From a virus (Duplodnaviria; Caudoviricetes), in the IMG/VR virus record IMGVR_UViG_3300035208_005226, positions 1 through 64,000 of that record: a stretch of 64,000 bases of DNA; one strand, given 5' to 3'. A program made the translations under genes and the position numbers. Under the pieces are notes generated by a model. The model was not told the origin of the DNA, did not search any database, and worked only from the letters and a program-made list of their open reading frames with translations. Below, in pieces: positions 1 to 9,141 of the stretch. Positions within the stretch are counted from its first letter, which is position 1, and every line of letters starts with the position of its first letter.

Positions 1-1
1 G

Positions 2-436
2 GAGTTTAAACCTGGGTACAACACAACAGATATAAGCCATAGAATTCTTAATCGGGATGGAACCGGGACAATCGCGTCTGTATTGGCTTCTGGGTCATAT
101 GAAGAGGTCACGGATCCTGTGCCTTTGAATGGAGTAACTAACATTTCGGGAACTGATGCCGGCACTTATTGCCACGGATACATATCAGATCTGGCTATGG
201 ATAGTGCAGGGATTTTACATGTTGCGTTGGTACCGGGGGCTTTTAATGGCGGGTCGAACGCAGAATTCTGTGATTATGGATATTCACACCAATATGGAAT
301 CTCACAAACGGGCGTTTTGCTGGTCGGTGGCGGTTGGACTTATGGCGCTTCGGCGGGTGTCGGCTGTCGTGGTTCGAATCGCGGATCTTCGTTCTGCGAG
401 CTTAATGTGGGTGCTCGCGCCGAGGCAATAATCTAA
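2..436 (+). CDS. Tail fibre / receptor-binding protein C-terminus, C-type-lectin (Mtd/DGR-target-like) fold; 5'-truncated by window edge
   Basis: Frame is open from position 2 (EFKPGYNTT...). It ends CDYGY...VLLVGGGWTYGASAGVGCRGSNRGSSFCELNVGAR, matching the GGxWxxGxxAG...xGxR pattern of CLec-fold phage adhesins. Confidence 0.7.
   Translation, partial: EFKPGYNTTDISHRILNRDGTGTIASVLASGSYEEVTDPVPLNGVTNISGTDAGTYCHGYISDLAMDSAGILHVALVPGAFNGGSNAEFCDYGYSHQYGISQTGVLLVGGGWTYGASAGVGCRGSNRGSSFCELNVGARAEAII
311..424 (+). other. DGR variable-region (VR)-like segment
   Basis: Hand count for 311-420: 8 A in 110 nt and about 62% GC in an AT-rich genome. Only 1 of 38 codons ends in A. It coincides with the CLec C-terminal motif. 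Confidence 0.6.
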
Positions 437-488
437 TATCTATCCGACAACCAACACTTATTTATGCATTGAAAATCAACGTAAAATC

Positions 489-1322
489 ATGAACATTCAA
501 TACCGAGACAAAGAATGGTTGCAAACAAAATACCTCACAGAAGAGTTAAGTACTTATAAGATTGCAGAAATCTGTCAAGTTGATGATGAATGTATCCGCA
601 AATGGATGATAAGATTTGAAATACCAAGGCGCAAAGCATACATTGCTAATTACTGCAAATTTAATGAGGATCTAAATAATTTAATTACGGGATCAATGCT
701 TGGCGATGGTTCGCTATCTTGGGGTTACGAAACTGTATCAGCATATTATTCGCTATCTAGCAAGTATAAGAAGTATCTGCAGTACGTTAAATCTGTATTT
801 GAAGATATTTCCAACATTAAAACTCGTGGCTCGATTGCAAAATATACTAATGATTTGGGAACTTGGTATGTTTGGCAAACGGGTTATTACAGAGGCTGGT
901 TTCCTGATCTACGCAGATTGTGGTATCCTGGCAATAAGAAAATCATACCTAATAATATCAAATTAACGCCCGAATGCCTACGAACTTTCTACATTGAAGA
1001 TGGCTGCCTCGGTATAAATTGGAAAATTCAACGCATAGAATATGTTTCACTTGCCGTTAATAACTTCACATTTGATGATATAGCAAAATTAATACAAATG
1101 ATGGCATTAGAATTAAACATTCCATTTAATGACATTAAAATTAACAAGAGTTGTAAACCAAATCAATATAACATAGTAATTAACAAACGTGCAGCAATAC
1201 GAGCATTCTTTGATTACATAGGATCATGCCCAAGTAAGATTATAAGTTGTTTTGGATACAAATGGCCTGTAATCACTGAAGATGAAATCACATATAATTT
1301 TAGGAGTTTTAAAAATGGTTGA
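489..1322 (+). CDS. Free-standing LAGLIDADG homing endonuclease with N-terminal HTH
   Basis: Two LAGLIDADG-like motifs (LITGSMLGDGSL; CLRTFYIEDGCL) and an N-terminal YRDKEWLxxKY...IAEIC HTH-like segment. Confidence 0.85.
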   Translation: MNIQYRDKEWLQTKYLTEELSTYKIAEICQVDDECIRKWMIRFEIPRRKAYIANYCKFNEDLNNLITGSMLGDGSLSWGYETVSAYYSLSSKYKKYLQYVKSVFEDISNIKTRGSIAKYTNDLGTWYVWQTGYYRGWFPDLRRLWYPGNKKIIPNNIKLTPECLRTFYIEDGCLGINWKIQRIEYVSLAVNNFTFDDIAKLIQMMALELNIPFNDIKINKSCKPNQYNIVINKRAAIRAFFDYIGSCPSKIISCFGYKWPVITEDEITYNFRSFKNG

Positions 1323-1602
1323 ATCAAACATAGAGCCGACAAACATCGGCATAGACGGCATAGTATCCGGAATCGCAACAATCCGGGTTCGTTGGAACAA
1401 AGAACAGGTTGAACGAGCTGGAATAGATGAAACTGCCATCACATTGTGGCAGTATGACGAATGCCGGATGCGATGGACGTTGCCTGTAGTATACACAACG
1501 CTGGCTGAAGTTCAGGCGTATCTTGACGCAAACTATGATGCCGGAGAAAAGATACTGGACTGGGCGAAAGCGAGTAAGATAAATTCTGAAGACTTGACGT
1601 GA
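1315..1602 (+). CDS. Small tail-fibre-associated protein (putative chaperone/accessory)
   Basis: 95-aa ORF from ATG 1315 with GGAG upstream. Function inferred from position after the fibre gene only. Confidence 0.4.
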   Translation: MVESNIEPTNIGIDGIVSGIATIRVRWNKEQVERAGIDETAITLWQYDECRMRWTLPVVYTTLAEVQAYLDANYDAGEKILDWAKASKINSEDLT

Positions 1603-1743
1603 GGGTGGATTCATATATCCAACATCATAACATGTTTAATAATTTTTAAACTTACTAAAGAAGTACTTTGGCACTTTAAAGACTAAATAATATCATTTTT
1701 TGTCTACCAACTTTTTATTTACTCGCGACGATTATACTTAGTT

Positions 1744-1911
1744 ATGGTTCGAAAAAAGAGAAAGGTTAAAGAGTATACGGATGATGAGATAAAAAAGGCT
1801 CAAGAGTCTGTTAAGAATTCTCCATCTCCACAAGATGGTGAAGTAGAGAAAAACCCATGGTGTCCATTTAATGAAGAGGGTCAGAATGATAACAAGGGCA
1901 CTCGCAATTAG
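1744..1911 (+). CDS. Small hypothetical protein (55 aa)
   Basis: Hand-translated MVRKKRKVKEYTDDEIKKAQ...; below the ORF-track cutoff; overlaps the start of the next gene. Confidence 0.35.
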   Translation: MVRKKRKVKEYTDDEIKKAQESVKNSPSPQDGEVEKNPWCPFNEEGQNDNKGTRN

Positions 1912-2746
1912 TTTCATTCTTTTTTTGTTGATAACGCCATGTTTATCAGATGGGGGATGGGAGGTATTAAGTTCTGGATATGGAGGGGCAACCGGAGGAT
2001 CATACACATCGATATCTGAATACTCCACAAATTTACAGAGGTTTAATCAAACTGATGGATATTATCAGATGGATGCATCAAGAACAAGTTATCTAACTAC
2101 AGGACTATCATCTCACTTGTTTACAAATAAAGACAATGGCAATATTAATGGAAGCTTAAAGTTACAGTCTGCCGATGCTTACCTGGCATCTGATGTTGTG
2201 TCGATGCACGAAGATAACACTAATGTTCCGGGGACGTTGTGTGATACTGGAGATCTAACCCAGCCAACAGGTTCACTAATTAACGCCACAAACAACACAT
2301 CTAGTAATGTTTTTCGGGCATCTGGTATTGTTCCAATGAGCCAAAATGCAGTTGCCTCATATACCATTATGGGACAGGGAACTGATGATGATCCGGGTAT
2401 TTATGAGAGCACCAGAAGTCTTGAAGGATCTAACATATCGTTGTCTTACGATACGGATTCACCAAAAGGTAATTCATTCCAGACTGTGTCAAGTTATATT
2501 GCATCCGGACAGAACCGAAAAGAGAAAGTAGAGCAATTCCACCAGTATACTCAGTCCGATACTATTATGGCATCAGACGAATCCGAAGGGATTAAACAAC
2601 ATGCGGTGTTGAATTTCGTCGGGCATAAATATGATGGACCAAATATGCCGGACACATGGGAAGCACAAAACACCACTAATGCTACTGCAAATTCTACAGT
2701 AAACCAGACTGTTAACTCTACTGTTGTAAATGCCGAGGCAATTTAA
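1886..2746 (+). CDS. Exported, probably N-glycosylated Ser/Thr-rich protein
   Basis: N-terminal signal peptide (MITRALAISFILFLLITPCLS) and 11 N-x-S/T sequons by hand count, 5 of them near the C-terminus. Confidence 0.7.
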   Translation: MITRALAISFILFLLITPCLSDGGWEVLSSGYGGATGGSYTSISEYSTNLQRFNQTDGYYQMDASRTSYLTTGLSSHLFTNKDNGNINGSLKLQSADAYLASDVVSMHEDNTNVPGTLCDTGDLTQPTGSLINATNNTSSNVFRASGIVPMSQNAVASYTIMGQGTDDDPGIYESTRSLEGSNISLSYDTDSPKGNSFQTVSSYIASGQNRKEKVEQFHQYTQSDTIMASDESEGIKQHAVLNFVGHKYDGPNMPDTWEAQNTTNATANSTVNQTVNSTVVNAEAI

Positions 2747-2784
2747 TCCCATACTTTTTTACGTATTATGTACCATTTATTCCT

Positions 2785-3822
2785 ATGATTTCTGCATGTA
2801 TGATAGTACGAGACGGCGCAGAGACGATTGAGGCCGCACTTAAATCAGTTAGGGATCTTGTGAATGAAATTGTAGTAGGGATAGATTCCAGGACAAAAGA
2901 CAACAGCAGAGAAATTATAGAAAAATATACGAATAACGTTTTTGAGTTTGACTGGATAGACGACTTTGCATATGCAAGAAATCTGGTGGCATCAAAATCT
3001 ACCAATGATTTTATCTTTGTCATAGATGTAGACGACATCGTTATTGAGGGATGTAAGGGGCATATAATAAATGAGATAAAAAACGATGTTAAGTTAATGC
3101 GGGTTAATTTAGTAACAGCTCCAGGCAACTCTATTACGTCTCCCAGGATATATGATCGGAGATTTTTGAAGTTTAGATACCGGATACACGAAGCCATAGA
3201 AAAAATAGATAGTGATTGTGAAATTTGGGCTGCTGATATTCCAATATCCATGGTGCATAAACATCCCGATAAGGTAATTGAACCCGGACGCAACATCCGA
3301 ATACTTAAGAATATAATTGATGAGATGCCACGATACCTGTTTTACATGGGACGGGAGTGTTTGGATTCAAATGATTACAAAAATGGAATAATATATTTTA
3401 ATAGATATTTACCGTTGTCTACATTTGAACCTGAAAAGTTGGATGCCATGGTAAACCTGGCAACCTGTTATGGATTTGAAGGAGACTTTACAAAAGCCCG
3501 TGAATATTGCTTTAGAGTGTTGTCGTGTAACACAAATTTTGTTCCGGCATACAATCTGCTGGGTCAATTGGATATGAGCCAGGACAAATATGATAGCGCG
3601 ATAACATGGTTTGAATCGGCAACAAAATGTAAGGATACGAGTTATATGTTTAATGATGTGCTGTCTGCGTTGTTTAACTGCTGGGGAAATTTAATTGTTG
3701 CGTATGCAAAGACGGGACAGATAGAAAAATCCAGAAATGCTATTGAAAATGCAAAATCAATCAATTGTGATAGTGAATGGCTGGATAGAAATATTGAATC
3801 GGTAAGGGATCTCTTGAAATAA
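2785..3822 (+). CDS. GT2-family glycosyltransferase with C-terminal TPR repeats
   Basis: ISACMIVRD...IVVGIDSRTKDNS...WIDDFAYARN...FVIDVDD (DxD), followed by helical TPR-like repeats. Confidence 0.9.
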   Translation: MISACMIVRDGAETIEAALKSVRDLVNEIVVGIDSRTKDNSREIIEKYTNNVFEFDWIDDFAYARNLVASKSTNDFIFVIDVDDIVIEGCKGHIINEIKNDVKLMRVNLVTAPGNSITSPRIYDRRFLKFRYRIHEAIEKIDSDCEIWAADIPISMVHKHPDKVIEPGRNIRILKNIIDEMPRYLFYMGRECLDSNDYKNGIIYFNRYLPLSTFEPEKLDAMVNLATCYGFEGDFTKAREYCFRVLSCNTNFVPAYNLLGQLDMSQDKYDSAITWFESATKCKDTSYMFNDVLSALFNCWGNLIVAYAKTGQIEKSRNAIENAKSINCDSEWLDRNIESVRDLLK

Positions 3823-3859
3823 AACTCACCTATATATTATATTTTGTGGGAACGTCTAT

Positions 3860-4237
3860 ATGAATAATATTATGACACCATCCAATACAGACTGGTTAAA
3901 CCAGTGTCTTGATTTATATAATAAACGATTTGATGCAATAGAAGGAAATCAATCAAAGATAGAAAGCAGTCAATCTGCAAGAATGGATAAATTTGAGGAA
4001 TCGGTAAATACTGATATATCAAGGGTTCATGATAGGATTGATGATGTCATAAATAAACAAGATCTTATTTTGGATAAAATGGATGGATTTTTTAGAGAGG
4101 CGAATAGCAAAACCACAGATAACCTTATTACGATTACTGAGATAAAAACAAAGCTGAGTTATTGGGGAACACTAGGGGGAATTATTTCGGGTGCTGCAAT
4201 AAGCTGGGTAATGTCGATTTTTCCAATAAACAAATAG
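3860..4237 (+). CDS. Coiled-coil protein with C-terminal TM helix (holin/XhlA-like)
   Basis: Heptad-rich body and hydrophobic C-terminus (LSYWGTLGGIISGAAISWVMSIF), near the end of the late operon. Confidence 0.5.
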   Translation: MNNIMTPSNTDWLNQCLDLYNKRFDAIEGNQSKIESSQSARMDKFEESVNTDISRVHDRIDDVINKQDLILDKMDGFFREANSKTTDNLITITEIKTKLSYWGTLGGIISGAAISWVMSIFPINK

Positions 4238-4251
4238 AAGGAAGATATGTT

Positions 4252-4746
4252 ATGACTGAATATACAATTAGAGCATTTAATGGGGATACATCTCCGATTG
4301 ATTACATATTGAGAAAACGAAGTATAGATAGCGATTTGACTCCACCAATTGATTTGTCTAACTGCGATGTCTATTTCTATATGTATGATGAAGACGGTAT
4401 TTGCATAACTCCAGTGTATACATTTGACACTAATGTTGAACGAGACGACTATTTTACAGATAATCCGAATGATTTAATTCGAGGATTATTAATCCAGTCT
4501 AATCTTGTGTTGTTACGATATGACGGAACAACATGGAACACCGATTATAAATATATAATGAATGGAGTGGAATGTGAAGCTATTGAAGATATTACCGGCG
4601 GAGTGAGATTTTATCCCACTTCTGAAGAGTTTAAGAACGCAGGAATGTTTTCCTCGTTCTATAGAGTCAAATCTACGGTTGACACTGAATCCGTATATGA
4701 AAAGTACCCAAAGGGTGAAAAATTATGGGTGAGGATAATGAAATAG
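4252..4746 (+). CDS. Putative virion protein (BppU N-domain-like)
   Basis: GDTSPIDYIL...PIDLSNCDVYFYMYD and GGVRFYP...AGMFSSFYRV resemble the BppU-like beta sandwich. Confidence 0.4.
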   Translation: MTEYTIRAFNGDTSPIDYILRKRSIDSDLTPPIDLSNCDVYFYMYDEDGICITPVYTFDTNVERDDYFTDNPNDLIRGLLIQSNLVLLRYDGTTWNTDYKYIMNGVECEAIEDITGGVRFYPTSEEFKNAGMFSSFYRVKSTVDTESVYEKYPKGEKLWVRIMK

Positions 4747-4759
4747 ACGAGTACGGAAC

Positions 4760-5260
4760 TCAGGATCCCCACGCACTCATCATTTTCTTTCTCATTTCAA
4801 GATGAGATGTTAATGTCCATCCTGGGTTTATGGTTTCCATTTCTTTAATTTCTGCTTCATTTTCTTCCAATATTTTTTCCGGATCAAACCCATAGATTAC
4901 TATGGCGTTGTCTATTACGTTGCCAATCTCGCATAATCTTTCCCACATCTTAAGTTCGTTGTGTCTGGACTCTACCATTACACGATATTGTTGGAGGCTT
5001 GCAAGTCTGGTATCTAGGTTTAGAATTTCGTGATCTATAATAGATCGTTGCTGTCTTAGTCTTGCTATGCTTTTCTCCAGCATTGATATGTTGTCGCGTA
5101 GATCACCACTTACTACAGATGTGTCGACGTATGATGAGTCGTGCTCAAGTATATGGTGAATTATTCTACGAATGGCATCTGATTTGCACATGCCTAATTG
5201 ATCAAGCTTGTTGAAGTCCGATTCTTCAAGTTTGACGTGGACTGCTCTCATTTTTGTCAT
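4760..5260 (-). CDS. Ribbon-helix-helix (CopG-like) regulator with coiled coil
   Basis: MRAVHVKLEESDFNKLDQLGMCKSDAIRRII RHH pattern. Confidence 0.65.
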   Translation of the reverse strand: MTKMRAVHVKLEESDFNKLDQLGMCKSDAIRRIIHHILEHDSSYVDTSVVSGDLRDNISMLEKSIARLRQQRSIIDHEILNLDTRLASLQQYRVMVESRHNELKMWERLCEIGNVIDNAIVIYGFDPEKILEENEAEIKEMETINPGWTLTSHLEMRKKMMSAWGS

Positions 5261-5269
5261 GATATCATA

Positions 5270-5593
5270 TCATTTCATTATGTTTGTAACGATAAACTGA
5301 GTGGATAAGTTGTCTACGCAGTCTGTTCGTATATAATACATGGAAATATCTAATGGACGATCTGATGTATATAGCCATACGATTGCCTTTGATTCTGTAT
5401 ATGATTCTATCCAATGGGGAACTATAATGTTATGGTGTATGAAATATATGCCGTAGTATTTATGATGCATCATAAGACACATTGGAAGAATCAGTCTGAT
5501 ACTTTCATCAGAATAATAGTTTGATCCGTCAAAAAATATGGTTTCTTTGTTTAATATCCGGTCTTCTACCAGTCTATCCAATATGATGTTCAT
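5270..5593 (-). CDS. Hypothetical protein
   Basis: ORF with ATGA overlap to the upstream ATPase gene. Confidence 0.5.
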   Translation of the reverse strand: MNIILDRLVEDRILNKETIFFDGSNYYSDESIRLILPMCLMMHHKYYGIYFIHHNIIVPHWIESYTESKAIVWLYTSDRPLDISMYYIRTDCVDNLSTQFIVTNIMK

Positions 5594-6756
5594 TGTACTC
5601 CTGTCCATTGAACTGTGTCTCCTACAATCCGGATGTCTCCATCGGACTCTATGCATTTTAATTTTGCAAACACGTCTTTTCTTCCCCAAGATATCATTTT
5701 ACATTCGTCTGCAATTAGTCTCCTGCTTGTAATGAGCCTGCTGTCCTTGTCTCTCTGAACGATACTTTTTATTATTTTACAGATCATGACAGAGTCGATG
5801 TCGTCTAATAATAATCGTTTCCAATCACGAAACAGCCCTATTAACCGGAGAATTTCATTATCGTGTGCCTCTACTTTTATATGTGGTTCTGGTCCGTATT
5901 TTGCCAGGTGGTATCCCAATAATAAGTTGTTGAACACATTGGTTTCAAATTGAAATAGGTTTAATTCCTGGTGTAAGCTGTATACTTCGGTTGCAAATTC
6001 AATTGATTCGATTGAGTTAAATTTCTCCTTCCAATTTACTACGCTGGTTGAAATGGAATTGATGTTAGTTTCGTTTTCTCTGATGTTTGACATCTGTTGT
6101 TTCATCTGAAGCATTGCAGTGTTATCATATCGAGTTGGAAGAAATATAAGGGGACAGAATCTTCGGAATAGTCCTGATGCTCCTTCATAATGACTTGGCT
6201 GGATGCCAGCCCACAGTGTTAGAAATGTGTCGTATGTTCTACCTCCTGCGGCCAGGTCCTTTGAGATGTGACCTCCATCCAGTATCTCCAATAACCTGCT
6301 GATTAGTGTTGCATTATATACTGCCCTGGTGCTCCCGGTGATTGTTGTAAATTCGTCAATCATTATGATATCGTTGGCGTGAATTTCTGCAATCCCAAAG
6401 TGCGGAATCTGTTCACCATCACGGTTTGTTGTAACAGATCCGACTAATGCGGATTCAGTCATTCCGGATTTGAATACCATGTCGGTTCCGGAACTTTTGA
6501 ATATGGAGTTAAATGCACGCAAATATGTGGTTTTCATAAACCCGGAAGGAGAGATAAATAGATTGTGTTCGCGTAGTTCCGGGATATCACCGGCTTCCCA
6601 ATATACAGCTTCTCGTTTTCCCGTTATTATATCTATTTTTCGATTTAACAGGTTCATATGATGCATAGCGTAAGAACAGATATAGAATGGAGCATATACA
6701 TTGTAAAGGTATAATTTGCGGTCCTCCATCTCCTGCATAACTCTATTATATATCAA
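5590..6756 (-). CDS. MCM-like AAA+ ATPase/helicase (short form)
   Basis: Walker A SPSGFMKT, SGMTESALVGSV, Walker B IMIDEF, LLEILDGGHIS, Arg finger LFRRF, winged-helix-like C-terminus. Confidence 0.75.
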   Translation of the reverse strand: MIYNRVMQEMEDRKLYLYNVYAPFYICSYAMHHMNLLNRKIDIITGKREAVYWEAGDIPELREHNLFISPSGFMKTTYLRAFNSIFKSSGTDMVFKSGMTESALVGSVTTNRDGEQIPHFGIAEIHANDIIMIDEFTTITGSTRAVYNATLISRLLEILDGGHISKDLAAGGRTYDTFLTLWAGIQPSHYEGASGLFRRFCPLIFLPTRYDNTAMLQMKQQMSNIRENETNINSISTSVVNWKEKFNSIESIEFATEVYSLHQELNLFQFETNVFNNLLLGYHLAKYGPEPHIKVEAHDNEILRLIGLFRDWKRLLLDDIDSVMICKIIKSIVQRDKDSRLITSRRLIADECKMISWGRKDVFAKLKCIESDGDIRIVGDTVQWTGVQ

Positions 6757-6774
6757 TTCGTCGTTTCCTCCGAT

Positions 6775-7440
6775 TTATTCTTCCCATTCGGTGTTTAATA
6801 TATTGCAGATGAACTCTGCTCGTTTCTCCGCAATCCCCTTTACAACCGTATAATTTTCAGGAGGCTGAATTGATAAGTTATGGATTGTTTTGTAAGTTGT
6901 TAATAGTTGTTTTAGTTGCTCTGGGGTTATTTTGAGTATTCGAGCCATAAGTTTAATAGGATCTCTTCTCGCGGGAATCCCATATTTACCATCATATACT
7001 GCCTGCATAAACCTAATCATTGCAAATTTGGCATTGATTTCGTCATGAGTCCAGATTACATGAAATTTTTCCCTTGTCATCAATGATGCAATCTCGCCGT
7101 ATATGATAGACTCGTTGATATCTATCTCTATAGATTTCATGTCTCGGATATAAGAGTCAACCGATCCTATAATTAAAAAAAGTACGATTTTGTCTTCGTG
7201 GGTTGCCAGTTTATCAGTTTCGTTGTGGATCCTAGAACGTCCATTTAGTTGTTTTGGACCAAAAATAGATTCACATAGGTCCCCTATGGTTTTACGTTCT
7301 ACCAAAACTTCTGCACTCTTCGCATAGTAGTCTCCCGCATCGAGTTTTTCATGGTGAAAAGTTATTGCAGGAAATAAAACACAATACTCGTCAAAAATAG
7401 ATTTCTTTTCTCTGGTATCAATTATTATCTCAAGAGACAT
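6775..7440 (-). CDS. ERCC4 (XPF/Hef-type) structure-specific endonuclease with HhH tail
   Basis: IIIDTREK, GDY, VERKTIGDLCESI and a C-terminal VKGIAEKRA HhH-like motif. Confidence 0.9.
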   Translation of the reverse strand: MSLEIIIDTREKKSIFDEYCVLFPAITFHHEKLDAGDYYAKSAEVLVERKTIGDLCESIFGPKQLNGRSRIHNETDKLATHEDKIVLFLIIGSVDSYIRDMKSIEIDINESIIYGEIASLMTREKFHVIWTHDEINAKFAMIRFMQAVYDGKYGIPARRDPIKLMARILKITPEQLKQLLTTYKTIHNLSIQPPENYTVVKGIAEKRAEFICNILNTEWEE

Positions 7441-7448
7441 AAAATCAC

Positions 7449-7733
7449 TTATATCTCTTCGTCTCCATATGTTCCAGTATACCAGGTTATTTCGGTTGCT
7501 TCATTCATCCAAGGCATCCACCACCCTTTATTTTTTATGGAGTCTAGCCATTTACCTAAAATATGATTTCCGATGTCGCTAAAGGAGTTAAATGACGCCT
7601 CCTCTATGTTTAGTTCGCCATGTTGTTCAACAATGTAATTCGTCACTTCGGAAAACGTAACACGTTCGGTATCTGAAGTAATTTTACTAATTATAGCAAT
7701 GTAGATTTCATTCATATAATCGCTTCCTGTCAT
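7449..7733 (-). CDS. Hypothetical protein
   Basis: ORF coupled by ATGA overlap to the dCTP deaminase gene. Confidence 0.5.
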   Translation of the reverse strand: MTGSDYMNEIYIAIISKITSDTERVTFSEVTNYIVEQHGELNIEEASFNSFSDIGNHILGKWLDSIKNKGWWMPWMNEATEITWYTGTYGDEEI

Positions 7734-8281
7734 AATTTGTTCCTGTAGTATCTGGACTTTGTTGGGCCTTGTTGACCTTGATACTTTGATCCTGGTTTGT
7801 TTCCATACGGAATCTTGCAATGTTCTGTTTTGTGAAAAATTAGTTGGGCAAATGTCATTCCGGATTTTAGTTTTATTGGATACATTCCGCAATTTGATAT
7901 CTCAAATGTTATGGTACCGGAAAATCCGGCGTCAATCCATCCAGCAGTTTTGTGTACATCTATACCGAGTCTTGCCAAAGATGACTTCCCAGTAACTTCT
8001 GCACAGATGTTATCGGGAAGAGTTATTTTTTCTATTGATGATCCCAAGATGAAATCACCTGGATTTATTGTTATGTCTGGTGTTGCAAATGGCTTTCCGC
8101 AATTTGATATGTCTTGTTGATTGTATGGATCGATTGCGTGAAATGTCGGGCCAAATGTAATGAAACCATCGCTCAATCTCAAATCAATAGAGTTTGGATT
8201 TACTAAGGATTCATCATATGGACTTATGGATACTAAACCGTCCGATATGTATGATTTGATCTCCCAATCCACCATTACCAT
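7730..8281 (-). CDS. dcd: dCTP deaminase
   Basis: NPNSIDLRL, GKSSLARLG, AGWIDAGFSGTITFEI, AQLIF, KYQGQ motifs. Confidence 0.93.
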   Translation of the reverse strand: MVMVDWEIKSYISDGLVSISPYDESLVNPNSIDLRLSDGFITFGPTFHAIDPYNQQDISNCGKPFATPDITINPGDFILGSSIEKITLPDNICAEVTGKSSLARLGIDVHKTAGWIDAGFSGTITFEISNCGMYPIKLKSGMTFAQLIFHKTEHCKIPYGNKPGSKYQGQQGPTKSRYYRNKL

Positions 8282-8283
8282 GT

Positions 8284-8511
8284 TTAATTTCCATAATCCT
8301 TAAAATTAGAAAGAACAAAATCTATGTCGTCCGCGGTAATTCTTTTTCCGTTCTTTTTATCGACTATTTTTTCTGCGTCTTGTACCAGGTGTTCAACATA
8401 AGAGGTTGCCAACTTGGCAAGATGTGTTGCAGTTTCCATACCAATAAGTTTCCCGCATGCATTTTTTCCTATGCGTCTTGCAGTATATGCTGGAAATATA
8501 TTATCTACCAT
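8284..8511 (-). CDS. Archaeal histone-fold protein
   Basis: 75 aa that align by eye and without gaps to HMf-type histones (P..RI.K.A...LAK...A.K....K.I.A.DI.....FK). Confidence 0.75.
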   Translation of the reverse strand: MVDNIFPAYTARRIGKNACGKLIGMETATHLAKLATSYVEHLVQDAEKIVDKKNGKRITADDIDFVLSNFKDYGN

Positions 8512-8538
8512 ACTTAATGATATAACATCGATTTGTAT

Positions 8539-9141
8539 TTAATCTGCTGATGTTTTGTTGCTAATTACCGGACAGCATATAATATATGAGTCTGTATTTT
8601 TGTCTCGTATTCCAATTGCATTAGATCCGTCTTTATGCTTTATGGAAACAATCTCAACAATATTGGTTGATATGTTTTTCTTTGATAGTTTAATCAGATA
8701 ATCTATCATATGCATATCAAACAGTCCTATTTGAGTTATGAGATTATTACCGTCATATCGTATTTCTCGTATACCTACAGCAGATGCAACATCCGGGGGT
8801 ATAGATAATTTACCCATAACACGATTTCTAACATATTCCTTTATGTAGGATTCAGATTGGGTATTCATGGGGCACGTACCGGTATCGTTGGTAAGTTTTC
8901 CAATCCAATCATCAGATATCTGCCATATTCGTGTAGATCCTCCAAAAGAAACATTTGTTACACTTACAATACACCCCAAATTCTTAAGTTTGTATATCAT
9001 TCCTCTTGGTAATGCACCGGATAAATAACTGGTTATGAATTTATCACAACCTACTTTGTTAAATATGGTCAATAGATTATCATATTGTCCTTTTGATAGT
9101 TCCCTCAAAATATCACCGCAATGTAAGAGGGTTTGGGACAT
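8539..9141 (-). CDS. Hypothetical protein (possible N-terminal winged helix)
   Basis: Long ORF in the replication module; start uncertain. Confidence 0.55.
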   Translation of the reverse strand: MSQTLLHCGDILRELSKGQYDNLLTIFNKVGCDKFITSYLSGALPRGMIYKLKNLGCIVSVTNVSFGGSTRIWQISDDWIGKLTNDTGTCPMNTQSESYIKEYVRNRVMGKLSIPPDVASAVGIREIRYDGNNLITQIGLFDMHMIDYLIKLSKKNISTNIVEIVSIKHKDGSNAIGIRDKNTDSYIICCPVISNKTSAD

